DNA of 64,000 bases from Bacteroidia bacterium. Its GTDB lineage: Bacteria; Bacteroidota; Bacteroidia; UKL13-3. Where the stretch lies: assembly GCA_023151275.1 (NCBI GenBank), contig JAKLJI010000003.1:82357-146356 (forward strand), read 5' to 3'. Shown piece by piece: positions 47,677-58,557 of the stretch. The notes under the pieces were generated by a model. It had not been told where the DNA came from and ran no database searches. It was given only the letters and a program-made list of their open reading frames with translations. The stretch's first letter is position 1, and every line of letters starts with the position of its first letter. Made by a program: the position numbers and the translations under genes.

Positions 47677-48987
47677 TTAGTTCTGTTGGTTTTCGTAAAA
47701 AATACTTTGGTACACATGCATCACCTGAAGTGCACAATTCTCCCAGGTTATTGATTCAAGGCTATGGAAATTGGCATGCACAACACTCTTTCGCAAGCCT
47801 TCGTAATCCAGGGCGGCAACAATGTATTGGGCAAATTTCTGAACATCCCAAACATCAAACTGCATAGAACCATGAAGCACTTCGGCAACTCCGGATGTTT
47901 TGGAAATTAGTGTAGGAATGCCGTATTGAACTGCCTCAACTGCACTCAAACCAAAGGGTTCACTTACAGAAGGCATACAATAGACATCTGCAATGGCCAG
48001 CAGCTCGTTCAACATCACCTTATTCAAAAAGCCGGTGAAATAAAACTTATCACCTAAACCGTATGACGCAGTTCTTTCAATCATAGGCCGCAACAAATCA
48101 CCGCTACCCGCCATAACAAACTTCACATTCGGGTGATGAGCCAACACCAATTTAGCAGCCTCCACAAAATATTCCGGCCCTTTTTGCATGGTTACACGTC
48201 CGAAAAAGATAACCAGTTTTTCGTCGAATGGCGACTTTTTAACCGTATGTTTTACCGCTTCAATGCCATTGTGTACAGGCATAATCTTTCCGGGCTCAAC
48301 ACCATAATGCCTTTCACAAATGGTGCCGGTATAATGGCTCACAGGTATTATGCGATCGGCCAGATGCATGGCCCTTTTCTCCAGATCGTACACCCAATTT
48401 TTACTGTGTTCTCCTGCCCTATCGTATTCTGTGGAATGCACATGCAACACAAGGGGTTTTCCCGTTTTCAATTTCAATTCCATACCGGGCAAAAAGGTCA
48501 TCCAGTCGTGTGCATGAATCACATCAAACTTCTGTTTTAAGCCATATTGAACCGAGATGCGCGCAAACTCCATCACCTTTTTTATCACATCACCTGCGTA
48601 CAAATCATCAATTTCAAAAGGCTTGATATCTTCATGCATCACCTCATAAAATTTCTGAGAAATGAATTCATTTTCGGGAATTCGGGTATAGGGACCAAAA
48701 CTGGGGCGCTTGCCCTGCGTTGATTCAGTGAATTCAAATTCCGTTTCCTTTTTAAACAACTCACGCAATTGTTCCTGGCTTAAGCTATTTAAACCTACCA
48801 GTTCGATATTGGGGATATTAAAATCGGGAACACTTTTAGGAATTATCATTTTTACATCGGCCAAAGGCGACATGGCCTTGCACAAACCCAAGGTAGCTAC
48901 TCCCAAACCGCCGCTAATTACAGGAGGAAACTCCCAACCAAACATTAATACTCGGGTTCTTGATTTTTTGACAGGCATGGAGGACAA
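47677..48987 (-). CDS. GT4-family glycosyltransferase (glycogen/alpha-glucan synthase-like)
   Basis: N-terminal FGWEFPPVISGGLGVA is glycogen-synthase-like, and a C-terminal GT-B EX7E-type region (SEPFGLSAVEA) is present. Confidence 0.7.
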   Translation of the reverse strand: MSSMPVKKSRTRVLMFGWEFPPVISGGLGVATLGLCKAMSPLADVKMIIPKSVPDFNIPNIELVGLNSLSQEQLRELFKKETEFEFTESTQGKRPSFGPYTRIPENEFISQKFYEVMHEDIKPFEIDDLYAGDVIKKVMEFARISVQYGLKQKFDVIHAHDWMTFLPGMELKLKTGKPLVLHVHSTEYDRAGEHSKNWVYDLEKRAMHLADRIIPVSHYTGTICERHYGVEPGKIMPVHNGIEAVKHTVKKSPFDEKLVIFFGRVTMQKGPEYFVEAAKLVLAHHPNVKFVMAGSGDLLRPMIERTASYGLGDKFYFTGFLNKVMLNELLAIADVYCMPSVSEPFGLSAVEAVQYGIPTLISKTSGVAEVLHGSMQFDVWDVQKFAQYIVAALDYEGLRKSVVHANFHSLESITWENCALQVMHVYQSIFYENQQN

Positions 48988-49066
48988 TATTGAAGGAAAC
49001 TAGCTAATTTGCATGGCTTATTAGCCGCAGGAAGTTAGTTCAATCAAACCCGAATTTCAAGTAAAA

Positions 49067-51463
49067 ATGCAAGCCCAATCTAAATATTCAATCAAATACT
49101 ACCCCGATACCGTTAAAGAATTTAAAAAAGAAGGAAATCATTTTTACTTCTACACCTCCGAAACCATTCTTGAGGTGAAAGTAATGACGGATACAATAAT
49201 CCGTTTTCGGTATGCCGCAGATGGCTTTTTTCAGGATGACTTTTCGTATGCCGTTAGTAAGTTCTTTCAGGAAAAAATCATCTCACTCCATACTCGTGAA
49301 CTAGAAGATTCTTTTGAAATTGAAACGCGTTTCCTGATTTGCAGCATCAACAAATCAAACCTAAGGGTTACCTTATTTGACCAAAACCGCAACCTGATTT
49401 TGGAAGATGACCATGGTTTTCATTGGCAGCATTACTTGCAAAAAGGTGGTAAAATCAATTACTGCAGCAAGAAAATTCAGGCCGATGAAAAATTCTATGG
49501 CATGGGCGATAAACCCACCGAATTCAATATCAGAGGCAAATACTTTGAAAATTACGGACAAGATGTTTATGGTTTCCAAAAAGACCAAGACCCCTTGTAC
49601 AAGAACATTCCTTTTTACATGGGCTTGCACTCGGAAGGGAAACACGGTTATGGAATTTTCTTCGACAATACGTTCCGTACCATTTTCGACTTTGGCAAGG
49701 AGCAGCATGATGTATGCAGCTTTTGGGCCCGAGGCGGCGAAATGAACTATTATTTTATTTATGGTCCTTCACTTGTGGGCGTAGTTGAAAACTATGCAGC
49801 CCTTACCGGAAAGCATGAACTACCACCCATGTGGGCACTGGGCTACCACCAATGCAAATGGAGCTACTACCCGGAAAGCAAAGTGCGTGAAATTGCCGAT
49901 GAGTTTAGAAAGCGAAAAATTCCATGTGATGTTATTTATCTCGACATTGATTACATGGATGGGTTTCGCTGCTTTACCTGGAATAAGGAGCATTTCCCCA
50001 ATCCTTCCAACATGATGAAGGAGCTTTCGGAGCAAGGCTTTAAAACGGTTGTGATTATCGACCCTGGAATAAAAATTGACAAAGACTATTGGGTTTGGAA
50101 AGAAGCCATTCAAAACGACTATTTCTGCAAACGCGCCGATGGCACACTCATGGAAGGTGATGTTTGGCCAGGCAAATGCCATTTCCCCGATTTCACTAAT
50201 CCGGAAGTGCGCAAATGGTGGAGCGGCCTTTTTAAAGAGTTGATTGAAAACGGAGTGCGTGGCGTTTGGAACGACATGAACGAACCTGCTGTTTTTGAAA
50301 TTGGCACCTTCCCGGAAGATGTAAGGCACGATTTTGATGGACATCCCAGCTCGCATCGCAAAGCGCACAATGTTTACGGAATGCAAATGGCGCGTGCAAC
50401 CTATCAAGGCCTCAAAAAATTCCTGATGCCCAATAGGCCGTTTGTAATAACACGTTCCGGATACAGTGGCTTACAACGTTATTCAAGCGTTTGGACAGGC
50501 GACAATACCGCAACCTGGGAACACCTGTGGATTGCCAATGTGCAATGCCAGCGCTTGTCGGTAAGTGGTGTTTCGTTTGCAGGCAGCGATGTGGGTGGTT
50601 TTATTGGAGAACCGGATGGAGAATTGTATACCCGTTGGATTCAATTGGCGGCATTTCATACCTTTTTCCGCACCCACAGTGCAGGTAACGAAACTCAATT
50701 CAACCAAGAACCTTGGAGCTTTGGCAGCAAGTATGAGTTTATTATCAAGAAATTCATTCACCTACGCTACCAATTGCTTCCTTACTTGTACACCGCCTTC
50801 TGGCAGCATAGCACATATGGAACGCCCATCATAAAACCATTGGCCTACATGGATCAACATGATCCTGAAACCCATCACCGCATGGATGAATTTGGCTATG
50901 GCGACCACATGTTGGTAGTTCCGGTGGTTACACCAAACACCAATGAACGTACGGTTTACCTTCCTAAAGGAAGCTGGTATCACCTGTGGAATAATCATGA
51001 ATACAAGGGCGGTAGGGAACATAAAGTAACTTGTCCTATCGACCGAATTCCAATTTTTGTGCGTGCCGGAGCCGTTATTCCGAATTATCCCAAAATGCAA
51101 TATGTGGGTGAAATTGAGATAAGCGAGTTGATTTTGAACGTTTACTATACCAAAGAAAACGAGGTTTTGAGCGTATTGTACGAAGATGCCGGGGACAATT
51201 ACGGTTATCGTGCAGGTTACTACAACAATCACCGCTTTTACGTATCAGGCAATGGCAAAAACCTAATTCTCTCGCATATTCTAGAAGAAGGGAACTTTGA
51301 AACCACTTACAAAAACTTCAAAGTAATCATTCATGGGGTTCCATTTGATTGTCATGAAGTGGTAATTGACGGCAAAATTGTGAAGCTAAGTGAGCGCAAT
51401 TTTGCAGTAGGCACCATAAAACTTAAGGTTGACAAGCATTTTAAGCGTTTGATTTTGCGCTAA
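49067..51463 (+). CDS. Glycoside hydrolase family 31 alpha-glucosidase
   Basis: GH31 catalytic nucleophile motif GVWNDMNEP, the downstream acid/base region RSGYSG...WTGDN, and 798 aa. Confidence 0.85.
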   Translation: MQAQSKYSIKYYPDTVKEFKKEGNHFYFYTSETILEVKVMTDTIIRFRYAADGFFQDDFSYAVSKFFQEKIISLHTRELEDSFEIETRFLICSINKSNLRVTLFDQNRNLILEDDHGFHWQHYLQKGGKINYCSKKIQADEKFYGMGDKPTEFNIRGKYFENYGQDVYGFQKDQDPLYKNIPFYMGLHSEGKHGYGIFFDNTFRTIFDFGKEQHDVCSFWARGGEMNYYFIYGPSLVGVVENYAALTGKHELPPMWALGYHQCKWSYYPESKVREIADEFRKRKIPCDVIYLDIDYMDGFRCFTWNKEHFPNPSNMMKELSEQGFKTVVIIDPGIKIDKDYWVWKEAIQNDYFCKRADGTLMEGDVWPGKCHFPDFTNPEVRKWWSGLFKELIENGVRGVWNDMNEPAVFEIGTFPEDVRHDFDGHPSSHRKAHNVYGMQMARATYQGLKKFLMPNRPFVITRSGYSGLQRYSSVWTGDNTATWEHLWIANVQCQRLSVSGVSFAGSDVGGFIGEPDGELYTRWIQLAAFHTFFRTHSAGNETQFNQEPWSFGSKYEFIIKKFIHLRYQLLPYLYTAFWQHSTYGTPIIKPLAYMDQHDPETHHRMDEFGYGDHMLVVPVVTPNTNERTVYLPKGSWYHLWNNHEYKGGREHKVTCPIDRIPIFVRAGAVIPNYPKMQYVGEIEISELILNVYYTKENEVLSVLYEDAGDNYGYRAGYYNNHRFYVSGNGKNLILSHILEEGNFETTYKNFKVIIHGVPFDCHEVVIDGKIVKLSERNFAVGTIKLKVDKHFKRLILR

Positions 51464-51708
51464 GTAATTTATTCTGAATCTACAGCAGAGTCAAAGAGAT
51501 TACAGGGAAAACTCAGTATTGAGATGGATTTCCTGAACCAAAGAAATCAGTAAATTTCTTGGCTGTATTTTCTTTGAACTCTTTTCCGGATTTGGTTTTA
51601 AACAACCAAAACAGAAAAGCACCAGCAGCTGCTAAAAGAAGAAGGACTCCCTTTTTGTTTGATTTCATGCTGCAAAGATAATTCGACCTTTCCATTTTTT
51701 GGTTTAGC

Positions 51709-52800
51709 ATGATTCTCCATCTTTGTACTATGCTGAGTAAACAATCGAGTTCCCAATCCAAACAAAAATTCGGATTCTATATCCTGGTCGTATTTGGCAT
51801 TTTCTTGTTTGTGATGCTGTATGATTACCTTACTGCATTTCTGGGCGCCTTGATATTCTATATTCTCTTCAGTCCATTAATGAACTACTTGGTTGAAAAA
51901 AGAAAATGGAAAGCTTCGTTGGCATCTATAAGTATTTTGCTCATTACCTTATTGATTGTTGTAATTCCTTCCATTCTGGTGGTGAATATGCTGTACCAAA
52001 AACTGGCCTTGGTTGTTAACGACCCCGATTCATTATTGAATGCCTTTCACACCTTCGACGATAAATTGGCGGGTTACCTGGGCCACGACTTGATAGGACC
52101 GGAACAAATTGAGACCATAAAAAAGAAAGCAGCCGAATTGCTTCCCGGCTTATTGAATCGGCTACTGAGTGTTTTCAGTTCACTGGCTATCATGTATTTT
52201 ATATTGTATTACATGCTGGTTTCCTACAAATCACTATCCCGATTTGGTTATGATTTTCTGCCTTTCAACGAGCGGGTAACCGCAATGTTTATGAAAGAGC
52301 TGTACGACATGACCATATCCAATTCCATTGCAACTCCTTTGCTGGCCATGGCGCAGGGACTGGCAGCAGGACTGGCATTTTACTTTTTAGGAATTCCGGA
52401 CGCAATTTTTTGGGGAAGTTTATGCGGGATTTTTTCGTTTATTCCTGTGGTTGGATCGGCCATCATTTGGTTGCCAGCCGCACTTTATTTATTTGCCATT
52501 GGCAAAAGCACGGAAGGAACAATCCTTACTGGATTCGGGACATTGGTAATTGCCAATATCGACAATGTGTTGCGTATGGCATTGCAAAAGCGATTTGCCG
52601 ATGTTCATCCCATTATCAGCATATTCGGAATTTTGATTGGCTTGAATTTATTTGGCATGCCCGGACTCATATTCGGGCCTTTGCTAATCTCCTATTTTGT
52701 TTTGGGCGTTCAGATTTACAGGAAGAACTATGTAATTCCCAAACCGGAACTTGAAGAAACAACAGCTGAAATTAATTCCCCTGTTGAGCCTTCAGCTTAG
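51709..52800 (+). CDS. AI-2E family transporter (PerM/UPF0118)
   Basis: About eight TM helices and the conserved C-terminal IDNVLRMALQKRFADVHPIISIFGILIGLNLFGMPGLIFGP motif. Confidence 0.65.
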   Translation: MILHLCTMLSKQSSSQSKQKFGFYILVVFGIFLFVMLYDYLTAFLGALIFYILFSPLMNYLVEKRKWKASLASISILLITLLIVVIPSILVVNMLYQKLALVVNDPDSLLNAFHTFDDKLAGYLGHDLIGPEQIETIKKKAAELLPGLLNRLLSVFSSLAIMYFILYYMLVSYKSLSRFGYDFLPFNERVTAMFMKELYDMTISNSIATPLLAMAQGLAAGLAFYFLGIPDAIFWGSLCGIFSFIPVVGSAIIWLPAALYLFAIGKSTEGTILTGFGTLVIANIDNVLRMALQKRFADVHPIISIFGILIGLNLFGMPGLIFGPLLISYFVLGVQIYRKNYVIPKPELEETTAEINSPVEPSA

Positions 52801-53785
52801 CCGCTCTTTCCTTATCGGCTTTTTTTGCAGAACCGCCGAAAACAGAAACATGCACATAGCGAGAAGGATAATCCTGAATATCTTTCAAAAGCGCTTTTAA
52901 TTCCTGGCTTGATTTATTCAGATTATCATACAATTGTGGGTCGTTAAGTAACTTACCGGCTGAACCTTCACCCCTATTCAATTTTTCGGCCAACAAACTC
53001 AATTGCAAGCTGGTTTTGTTCAAGTTTTCAACCATTTGCTTAATAGGAGCCTGAGAAAGAGAATCGCTTAACTGCCTTACATTGTGAATGCTTTTGTCGA
53101 TTTCCACATTGTTATTTCGAATATTGGAAGTAATGGATTCTAAGTTTGCGGATGTCTTCGATAACCTGGCACTTTCGGTGCGAATTAAATCATTCAGGGC
53201 AGCAGTAGCCTGATTGAGGTTGTGCATCGTTCCCGCCAAATCATTAATGCCTGAATTTAACTTCTCCGATCCTCCGGAACCTAAGACCTCATCAATTCTA
53301 CCCAAAACACGGTTCAAGCTAAGGAGAACATTCTCGGTTTTATCCTTTACCGGTTCAATCATTCCTGAAATGGATTCACCAATACCAACCTCTTGGCTTC
53401 CTTTGATGGTATCTCCCTTTTCCACTGGAATTAACAAATCAGGAACAATCAAACTAATGGCTTTTCCTCCCAATAAGTCGGTACTTACAATACGCGCCTC
53501 GGTAGATTTTGAAAGGGCAATATTTTTATCAATAATCAAGGTGGCAATAATACGGTTTGCCGAATCCGTTCTCAGGAAACCCAAGTCTTCAACCTGACCA
53601 ACCTTCAAACCCTTGTAAAAGATTGGCGTTGATTTGTTTACACCCTCAATGGTATTGTAAACTACATAATATGTATTCTGTCCACTAAAAAATTTCTTTC
53701 CACGAAGGAAATTGTATCCAAAATAAAGGGATGTAAATGATACCAGCGTAAACAGGCCAATTTTGGCTTCTCTAGGGATTTTCAA
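52772..53785 (-). CDS. MlaD/MCE-family protein
   Basis: N-terminal TM anchor, then an MCE domain (YYVVYNTIEGVNKSTPIFYKGLKVGQVED...), then a long C-terminal helical region. Confidence 0.7.
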   Translation of the reverse strand: MKIPREAKIGLFTLVSFTSLYFGYNFLRGKKFFSGQNTYYVVYNTIEGVNKSTPIFYKGLKVGQVEDLGFLRTDSANRIIATLIIDKNIALSKSTEARIVSTDLLGGKAISLIVPDLLIPVEKGDTIKGSQEVGIGESISGMIEPVKDKTENVLLSLNRVLGRIDEVLGSGGSEKLNSGINDLAGTMHNLNQATAALNDLIRTESARLSKTSANLESITSNIRNNNVEIDKSIHNVRQLSDSLSQAPIKQMVENLNKTSLQLSLLAEKLNRGEGSAGKLLNDPQLYDNLNKSSQELKALLKDIQDYPSRYVHVSVFGGSAKKADKERAAKLKAQQGN

Positions 53786-53843
53786 AGCAATTGATTTGCA
53801 TCAAAAATAGGGATTTTTTCAATAGCCAAAACCATTGGCCCTT

Positions 53844-54683
53844 TTACTTACTTGAAACGGTATTGCCCTCGTAGGAGTTTTTATAGTCCAAAATGGCTTT
53901 GGCCATACCGGCAGCAAACTCTTCACGACCTTCAGCAGCAGACAGGTAATCGCGGTCTTTCTTGTTGCTTAAAAATCCGGCTTCAACCAAAATAGAAGGC
54001 ATACCTGTTTTCCAGAGCACAACAAACCCGGCTTGTTTTACGCCACGGCTATTCCGATTCAGGTTCTTAGAGATTTCTGTTTCAACACGTGAGGCCAATT
54101 TTATGCTTTGTTCCATGTACGCATTCTGGAACAAGGTAAAATAAATATGCGACTCAGGGGAGCTTGGATCAAATCCGTCGTACTTTTCTTGATAATCAGT
54201 TTCAAGAAGGAGAACATCATTCTCGCGCTTAGCCACTTCCAGATTTTCATTGGCCTTGTGCAGACCCATTGCAAATGTTTCGGTACCGTGAATAGTCGTG
54301 TTTTTATGGCTATTGCAATGCAAGGAGATAAACATGTCGGCATTGGATTTATTGGCAATGTCTGCACGCTCCCAAAGTTCAACAAACTTATCCGACTTGC
54401 GGGTGTAAACAATTTTCACATCAGGCATTAGCGCAGTAATTTTTTCACCCAAGGCCAAAGCCATCTTCAAAGTAATTTCCTTTTCCTTTACTCCGGCATA
54501 TTGACAACCCGGATCATGCCCACCGTGTCCGGCATCAATCACTATGGTTTGAATTTGACGGCGAATTTTTTTGACGTTACTTGGGGGAGCAGCAGCAACA
54601 AAGACCAGAAATAGGAAAATTGGTATGATTTTTTCCCATTTCGAGATGTTTCTTACTTTGTTTAGCTTTGTCGCCTTACTCAT
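53844..54683 (-). CDS. N-acetylmuramoyl-L-alanine amidase (Amidase_3)
   Basis: IVIDAGHGGHDPG...KEKEITLKMAL and ISLHCN motifs; signal peptide at an internal Met, so start placed at MSKATK (54683). Confidence 0.8.
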   Translation of the reverse strand: MSKATKLNKVRNISKWEKIIPIFLFLVFVAAAPPSNVKKIRRQIQTIVIDAGHGGHDPGCQYAGVKEKEITLKMALALGEKITALMPDVKIVYTRKSDKFVELWERADIANKSNADMFISLHCNSHKNTTIHGTETFAMGLHKANENLEVAKRENDVLLLETDYQEKYDGFDPSSPESHIYFTLFQNAYMEQSIKLASRVETEISKNLNRNSRGVKQAGFVVLWKTGMPSILVEAGFLSNKKDRDYLSAAEGREEFAAGMAKAILDYKNSYEGNTVSSK

Positions 54684-54715
54684 TTTATATCCGGATAAAT
54701 CCGTTATTTGTGCCA

Positions 54716-57397
54716 ATGACCAACCGCCGAAATAAGCCAATTGCCTGTTTTTTAATATGGCTTGTTGTTTTTCCGCTTTTTTCGGCTGCCCGCCACTCAT
54801 CATCAAAAATAGGCTATTTGTGTGGAAAATCTGTGAACATTTTTTCCAATAATTTCCTAAACCACTCATACTCATACGATTATTATTCATCCGACAGTTT
54901 GAAAAATGCTTCTGCAGACAGTTTGGCTCTGGATAGTAATTACCTTCCCCGCACCAATGCAGCTATCAAATCAAGGGTCAAGTACAGTGCCAAAGATTCG
55001 ATAGTGTACAATTCCGGAACCAAATCGGCCAGTTTATACAACAGCTCCAAAGTGCTGTATGAGGACATGGATATGCAATCTTTCCGGATTCTTATCAACC
55101 TTGAAAAACATACAGTTAATGCCACTGGAACTTTAGACAGTGCTGGAACACTTAAGGAAACACCTGTTTTTAAACAGGGAGGAAGCGAATACAAAATAGA
55201 AGAAGTAACCTTCAACTACGAAAGCAAACGTGGTTTAATGAAGCAATTCAAAACCAACGAGGGCGAAGGTTTTATTAAAGGTGAAACGGTGAAGCGCGAC
55301 GAAAACAACCAGTTTTTCATCAACCATTCCTATTACACCACATGCAGTGAAGACCATCCGCATTTTTATATCGCAGCAGATAAACTGAAAGTGATTCCCG
55401 GAAAAAAAGTAATTACTGGTCCGGCAAACCTCGTTATTGAAGGCGTTCGCACTCCCCTATTTGTTCCCTTTGGAATATTCCCATTGAAGAGAGGGCAGCA
55501 ATCGGGAATAATTATTCCAGCTTATGGAAATGCAGTAGGCCGTGGTTTTTTCTTGAGGCAGGGAGGTTATTACCTTGGGCTTGGCGAACATATGGACATG
55601 CAATTGCTTGGAGATATTTTTACCAATACCAGCTGGCAATTGGGAACACGGATGAATTACAATTACCGCTATCGGTTTAGCGGTGGATTTAACGCCAACT
55701 ATGCCTTCAACAAGCAAAACAACCCAGAAGACCCCAACTACCAAGAATTCAAAAGTTTTCAATTAACCTGGAACCACCGAGTAAATCCCCAAGCCATGCC
55801 GGGAACTACCTTTGGAGCAGATGTAAACTTGATTGGTAACCAGTTTCTGGCCTACAATTCTTACTCCAACAATGCCTTTAACAACGTAATTAACTCCAGT
55901 GTAAACTTTGGAAAGGTATTCAACAAAGGAAAACAAAGCCTTACTGCCAATGCCCGGGCTTCACAGAACTTACAAACACGTGCGGTAAGTATTACTCTTC
56001 CCGACCTTTCCTTTACCGTTGCATCCTTCCAACCGTTCAAAGCTAAATCGAAACCCGTTGCAGAGACCTGGTACGAGAAAATCTCCATGAACTATACCGG
56101 TTTGTTTCAAAACATCGTCAATACAAAAGACTCCCTTCTATTTAGAAAAAGAAGTGCCGAAGATTGGCAAAAATTCCAGGATACCACCTTTAACAATGGA
56201 ATCAGACATAGCACTGCCATTCAAAACAGCTTTAACTTGTTTAAATACTATACCGTTTCTGTAGGTGCTGATTACAGCGAAAACTGGACTTTCAAAACCC
56301 GGGTAAAAGATTGGGACAGCATAGAAAAACGTGTGGTATCTTCTTTTGAAAGCGGATTCGCTCGCTCATACAGCTATTCAGCCAGGGCAGGTATTAGCAC
56401 ACGTTGGTATGGCATGAAGACCTTCAAAAAAGGCAAATTGGTTGCGATTCGCCATGTCATGAATCCTTATGCCGATTTCTCGTATGCGCCCGATTTTACA
56501 AGCGATAGATTTGGATTTTACCGGACCGTTCAAAGCGATACAACAGGCCTTAGGCAAGATAAATATTCACGCTTTGAAGGAACCTTGTATGGTGGCCCAT
56601 CGGGAGGAAGGCAAGGAAACATCAACTTCTCTTTAGACAACAACCTGGAAATAAAATGGAAAAAAGGCAAAGACACTTCCGAACGGGTTGAAAAGGTTAA
56701 GATACTTGAGAGCTTACGCGCTGGAGCCTCGTACAATATTTTTGCTGATTCGATGAATTTGAGCACCATTGGAACAAGTGCCCGAACCACACTGTTTAAA
56801 AACATTTCTGTAATTGGAAGCGCCAACTTCGACCCCTATGTAACCAATTTAATTGATACCGGAAAAACCTGGTATTACCAGCGTTTGAACCAATTTAGCA
56901 TCAACAGCGGAAAATTTGCTACACTTACCAATGCCAATATTGGAATATCGGCCAACCTTACCCAAGACATGTTTAAAAGTAAGGACCAGCAACGAATTGA
57001 ACGAAGGAAGAAAGAGCTACAAGAAAAAGGATATTCCGAAGTGAATGTGCCATGGTCGATAAACCTGAATTACACCGTTTCTTACGATTATCGCAATAAG
57101 CTAAACCCAGCCAACAGGCAGTTGGTTCAAAACTTAAGTTTCTCGGGCAATATCAATCCAACTAAAAATTGGAGTGTGAATTTCAATTCAGGTTATGACT
57201 TTACCTTGAAGAAAATCTCGCACCTGGGCATTGATTTAAGACGTGATTTACATTGCTGGCAATTCAGTTTTAACTGGACGCCATTGTCGGCATACGGAAC
57301 CAAATACTTTATGTTTAATCTGAACGTGAAATCAAGTGTATTGCAGGATTTAAAGATTCCAAAACGCAGGGATTGGTTTGACGACCGTAGGATTTAA
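54716..57397 (+). CDS. Large outer-membrane protein, putative LptD/OstA-like LPS-assembly protein (Bacteroidota type)
   Basis: Signal peptide; an N-terminal region with an OstA-like beta-jellyroll pattern ([41 protein letters not shown]); ~890 aa, mostly beta-strand-rich. The family assignment is by pattern only. Confidence 0.4.
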   Translation: MTNRRNKPIACFLIWLVVFPLFSAARHSSSKIGYLCGKSVNIFSNNFLNHSYSYDYYSSDSLKNASADSLALDSNYLPRTNAAIKSRVKYSAKDSIVYNSGTKSASLYNSSKVLYEDMDMQSFRILINLEKHTVNATGTLDSAGTLKETPVFKQGGSEYKIEEVTFNYESKRGLMKQFKTNEGEGFIKGETVKRDENNQFFINHSYYTTCSEDHPHFYIAADKLKVIPGKKVITGPANLVIEGVRTPLFVPFGIFPLKRGQQSGIIIPAYGNAVGRGFFLRQGGYYLGLGEHMDMQLLGDIFTNTSWQLGTRMNYNYRYRFSGGFNANYAFNKQNNPEDPNYQEFKSFQLTWNHRVNPQAMPGTTFGADVNLIGNQFLAYNSYSNNAFNNVINSSVNFGKVFNKGKQSLTANARASQNLQTRAVSITLPDLSFTVASFQPFKAKSKPVAETWYEKISMNYTGLFQNIVNTKDSLLFRKRSAEDWQKFQDTTFNNGIRHSTAIQNSFNLFKYYTVSVGADYSENWTFKTRVKDWDSIEKRVVSSFESGFARSYSYSARAGISTRWYGMKTFKKGKLVAIRHVMNPYADFSYAPDFTSDRFGFYRTVQSDTTGLRQDKYSRFEGTLYGGPSGGRQGNINFSLDNNLEIKWKKGKDTSERVEKVKILESLRAGASYNIFADSMNLSTIGTSARTTLFKNISVIGSANFDPYVTNLIDTGKTWYYQRLNQFSINSGKFATLTNANIGISANLTQDMFKSKDQQRIERRKKELQEKGYSEVNVPWSINLNYTVSYDYRNKLNPANRQLVQNLSFSGNINPTKNWSVNFNSGYDFTLKKISHLGIDLRRDLHCWQFSFNWTPLSAYGTKYFMFNLNVKSSVLQDLKIPKRRDWFDDRRI

Positions 57398-57444
57398 TCA
57401 GAGAAACAGTAAGTTTGAACTCAAAACTTTCTAATCGAATACGC

Positions 57445-58521
57445 ATGAAATACGTTGCACTTAATGACCTCCACGTTTCTCTTGGAGCCAAAATGATTGA
57501 ATTTGCAGGTTACAATATGCCTGTGCTATACACCAATCTCATACAGGAGCACCTTGCTGTTAGAAACAGCGTAGGCGTATTTGATGTAAGCCACATGGGC
57601 GAATTCTTACTTAAAGGCGAAAAAGCACTAGACTTAATTCAGCTTGTTACTTCAAACGATGCCTCAAAACTTACAGACGGAAAAGTTCAATACAGCTGTT
57701 TGCCAAACGATCAAGGTGGCATTGTAGATGATTTATTGGTTTACAGATACTCGGCAACAGAATACCTCTTAGTAGTAAATGCTTCAAACATTGAAAAAGA
57801 CTGGAACTGGATTAGCAAACACAATAGCTTTGGGGTTGATATGCAAAACCTGAGTGAGGCTTATAGTTTACTTGCGGTTCAGGGTCCGAATGCTATTAAG
57901 GCGCTTCAAAAATTAACTCAAACTGATTTATCAAGCATGGAATATTACAGCTTCACAACCGGAACCATGGCCGGAATTGATGAGGTAATTATTTCAAACA
58001 CCGGTTATACCGGAGCAGGTGGATTTGAATTGTATGTGAAAAACGAAAGCGCCCGTAAATTGTGGGATGCAGTTTTTGAAGCAGGTGCTGAATTCAATAT
58101 TCTTCCAGCTGGACTTGGAGCCAGAGACACACTCCGTCTTGAAAAAGGATTCTGTTTGTATGGCAATGATATCAACGATACAACCTCTCCAATTGAAGCT
58201 GGTTTAGGTTGGATTACCAAGTTCACCAAACCCTTCATTAACCACGAATACCATCAAAAATTAAAAACAGAAGGTGTTGCTAAAAAGCTGGTTGGTTTTG
58301 AATTGATTGATCGTGGAATTCCTCGTCAGCACTACATGATTAAAGACGCTGCGGGTAATACCATTGGAGAAGTAACATCAGGTACTCAATCACCATCCCT
58401 AAACAAAGCCATAGGCATGGGATATGTAAGCACAGCCTTCTCAAAGCCAGACTCCGAGATTTACATTGAGATTCGCGAGAAACTTATCAAAGCAAAAGTG
58501 GTAAAAGTTCCCTTCTTATAA
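57445..58521 (+). CDS. gcvT: Glycine cleavage system T protein (aminomethyltransferase)
   Basis: N-terminal [25 protein letters not shown]...[11 protein letters not shown] and ~360 aa. Confidence 0.9.
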   Translation: MKYVALNDLHVSLGAKMIEFAGYNMPVLYTNLIQEHLAVRNSVGVFDVSHMGEFLLKGEKALDLIQLVTSNDASKLTDGKVQYSCLPNDQGGIVDDLLVYRYSATEYLLVVNASNIEKDWNWISKHNSFGVDMQNLSEAYSLLAVQGPNAIKALQKLTQTDLSSMEYYSFTTGTMAGIDEVIISNTGYTGAGGFELYVKNESARKLWDAVFEAGAEFNILPAGLGARDTLRLEKGFCLYGNDINDTTSPIEAGLGWITKFTKPFINHEYHQKLKTEGVAKKLVGFELIDRGIPRQHYMIKDAAGNTIGEVTSGTQSPSLNKAIGMGYVSTAFSKPDSEIYIEIREKLIKAKVVKVPFL

Positions 58522-58523
58522 GT

Positions 58524-58557
58524 AAAAAATCCCCGGCCAAACCGGGGATTTTTTTTA
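58524..58557. terminator. Bidirectional rho-independent terminator
   Basis: AAAAAATCCCCGG-CCAAA-CCGGGGATTTTTTTT between the convergent gcvT and transporter genes. Confidence 0.7.
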
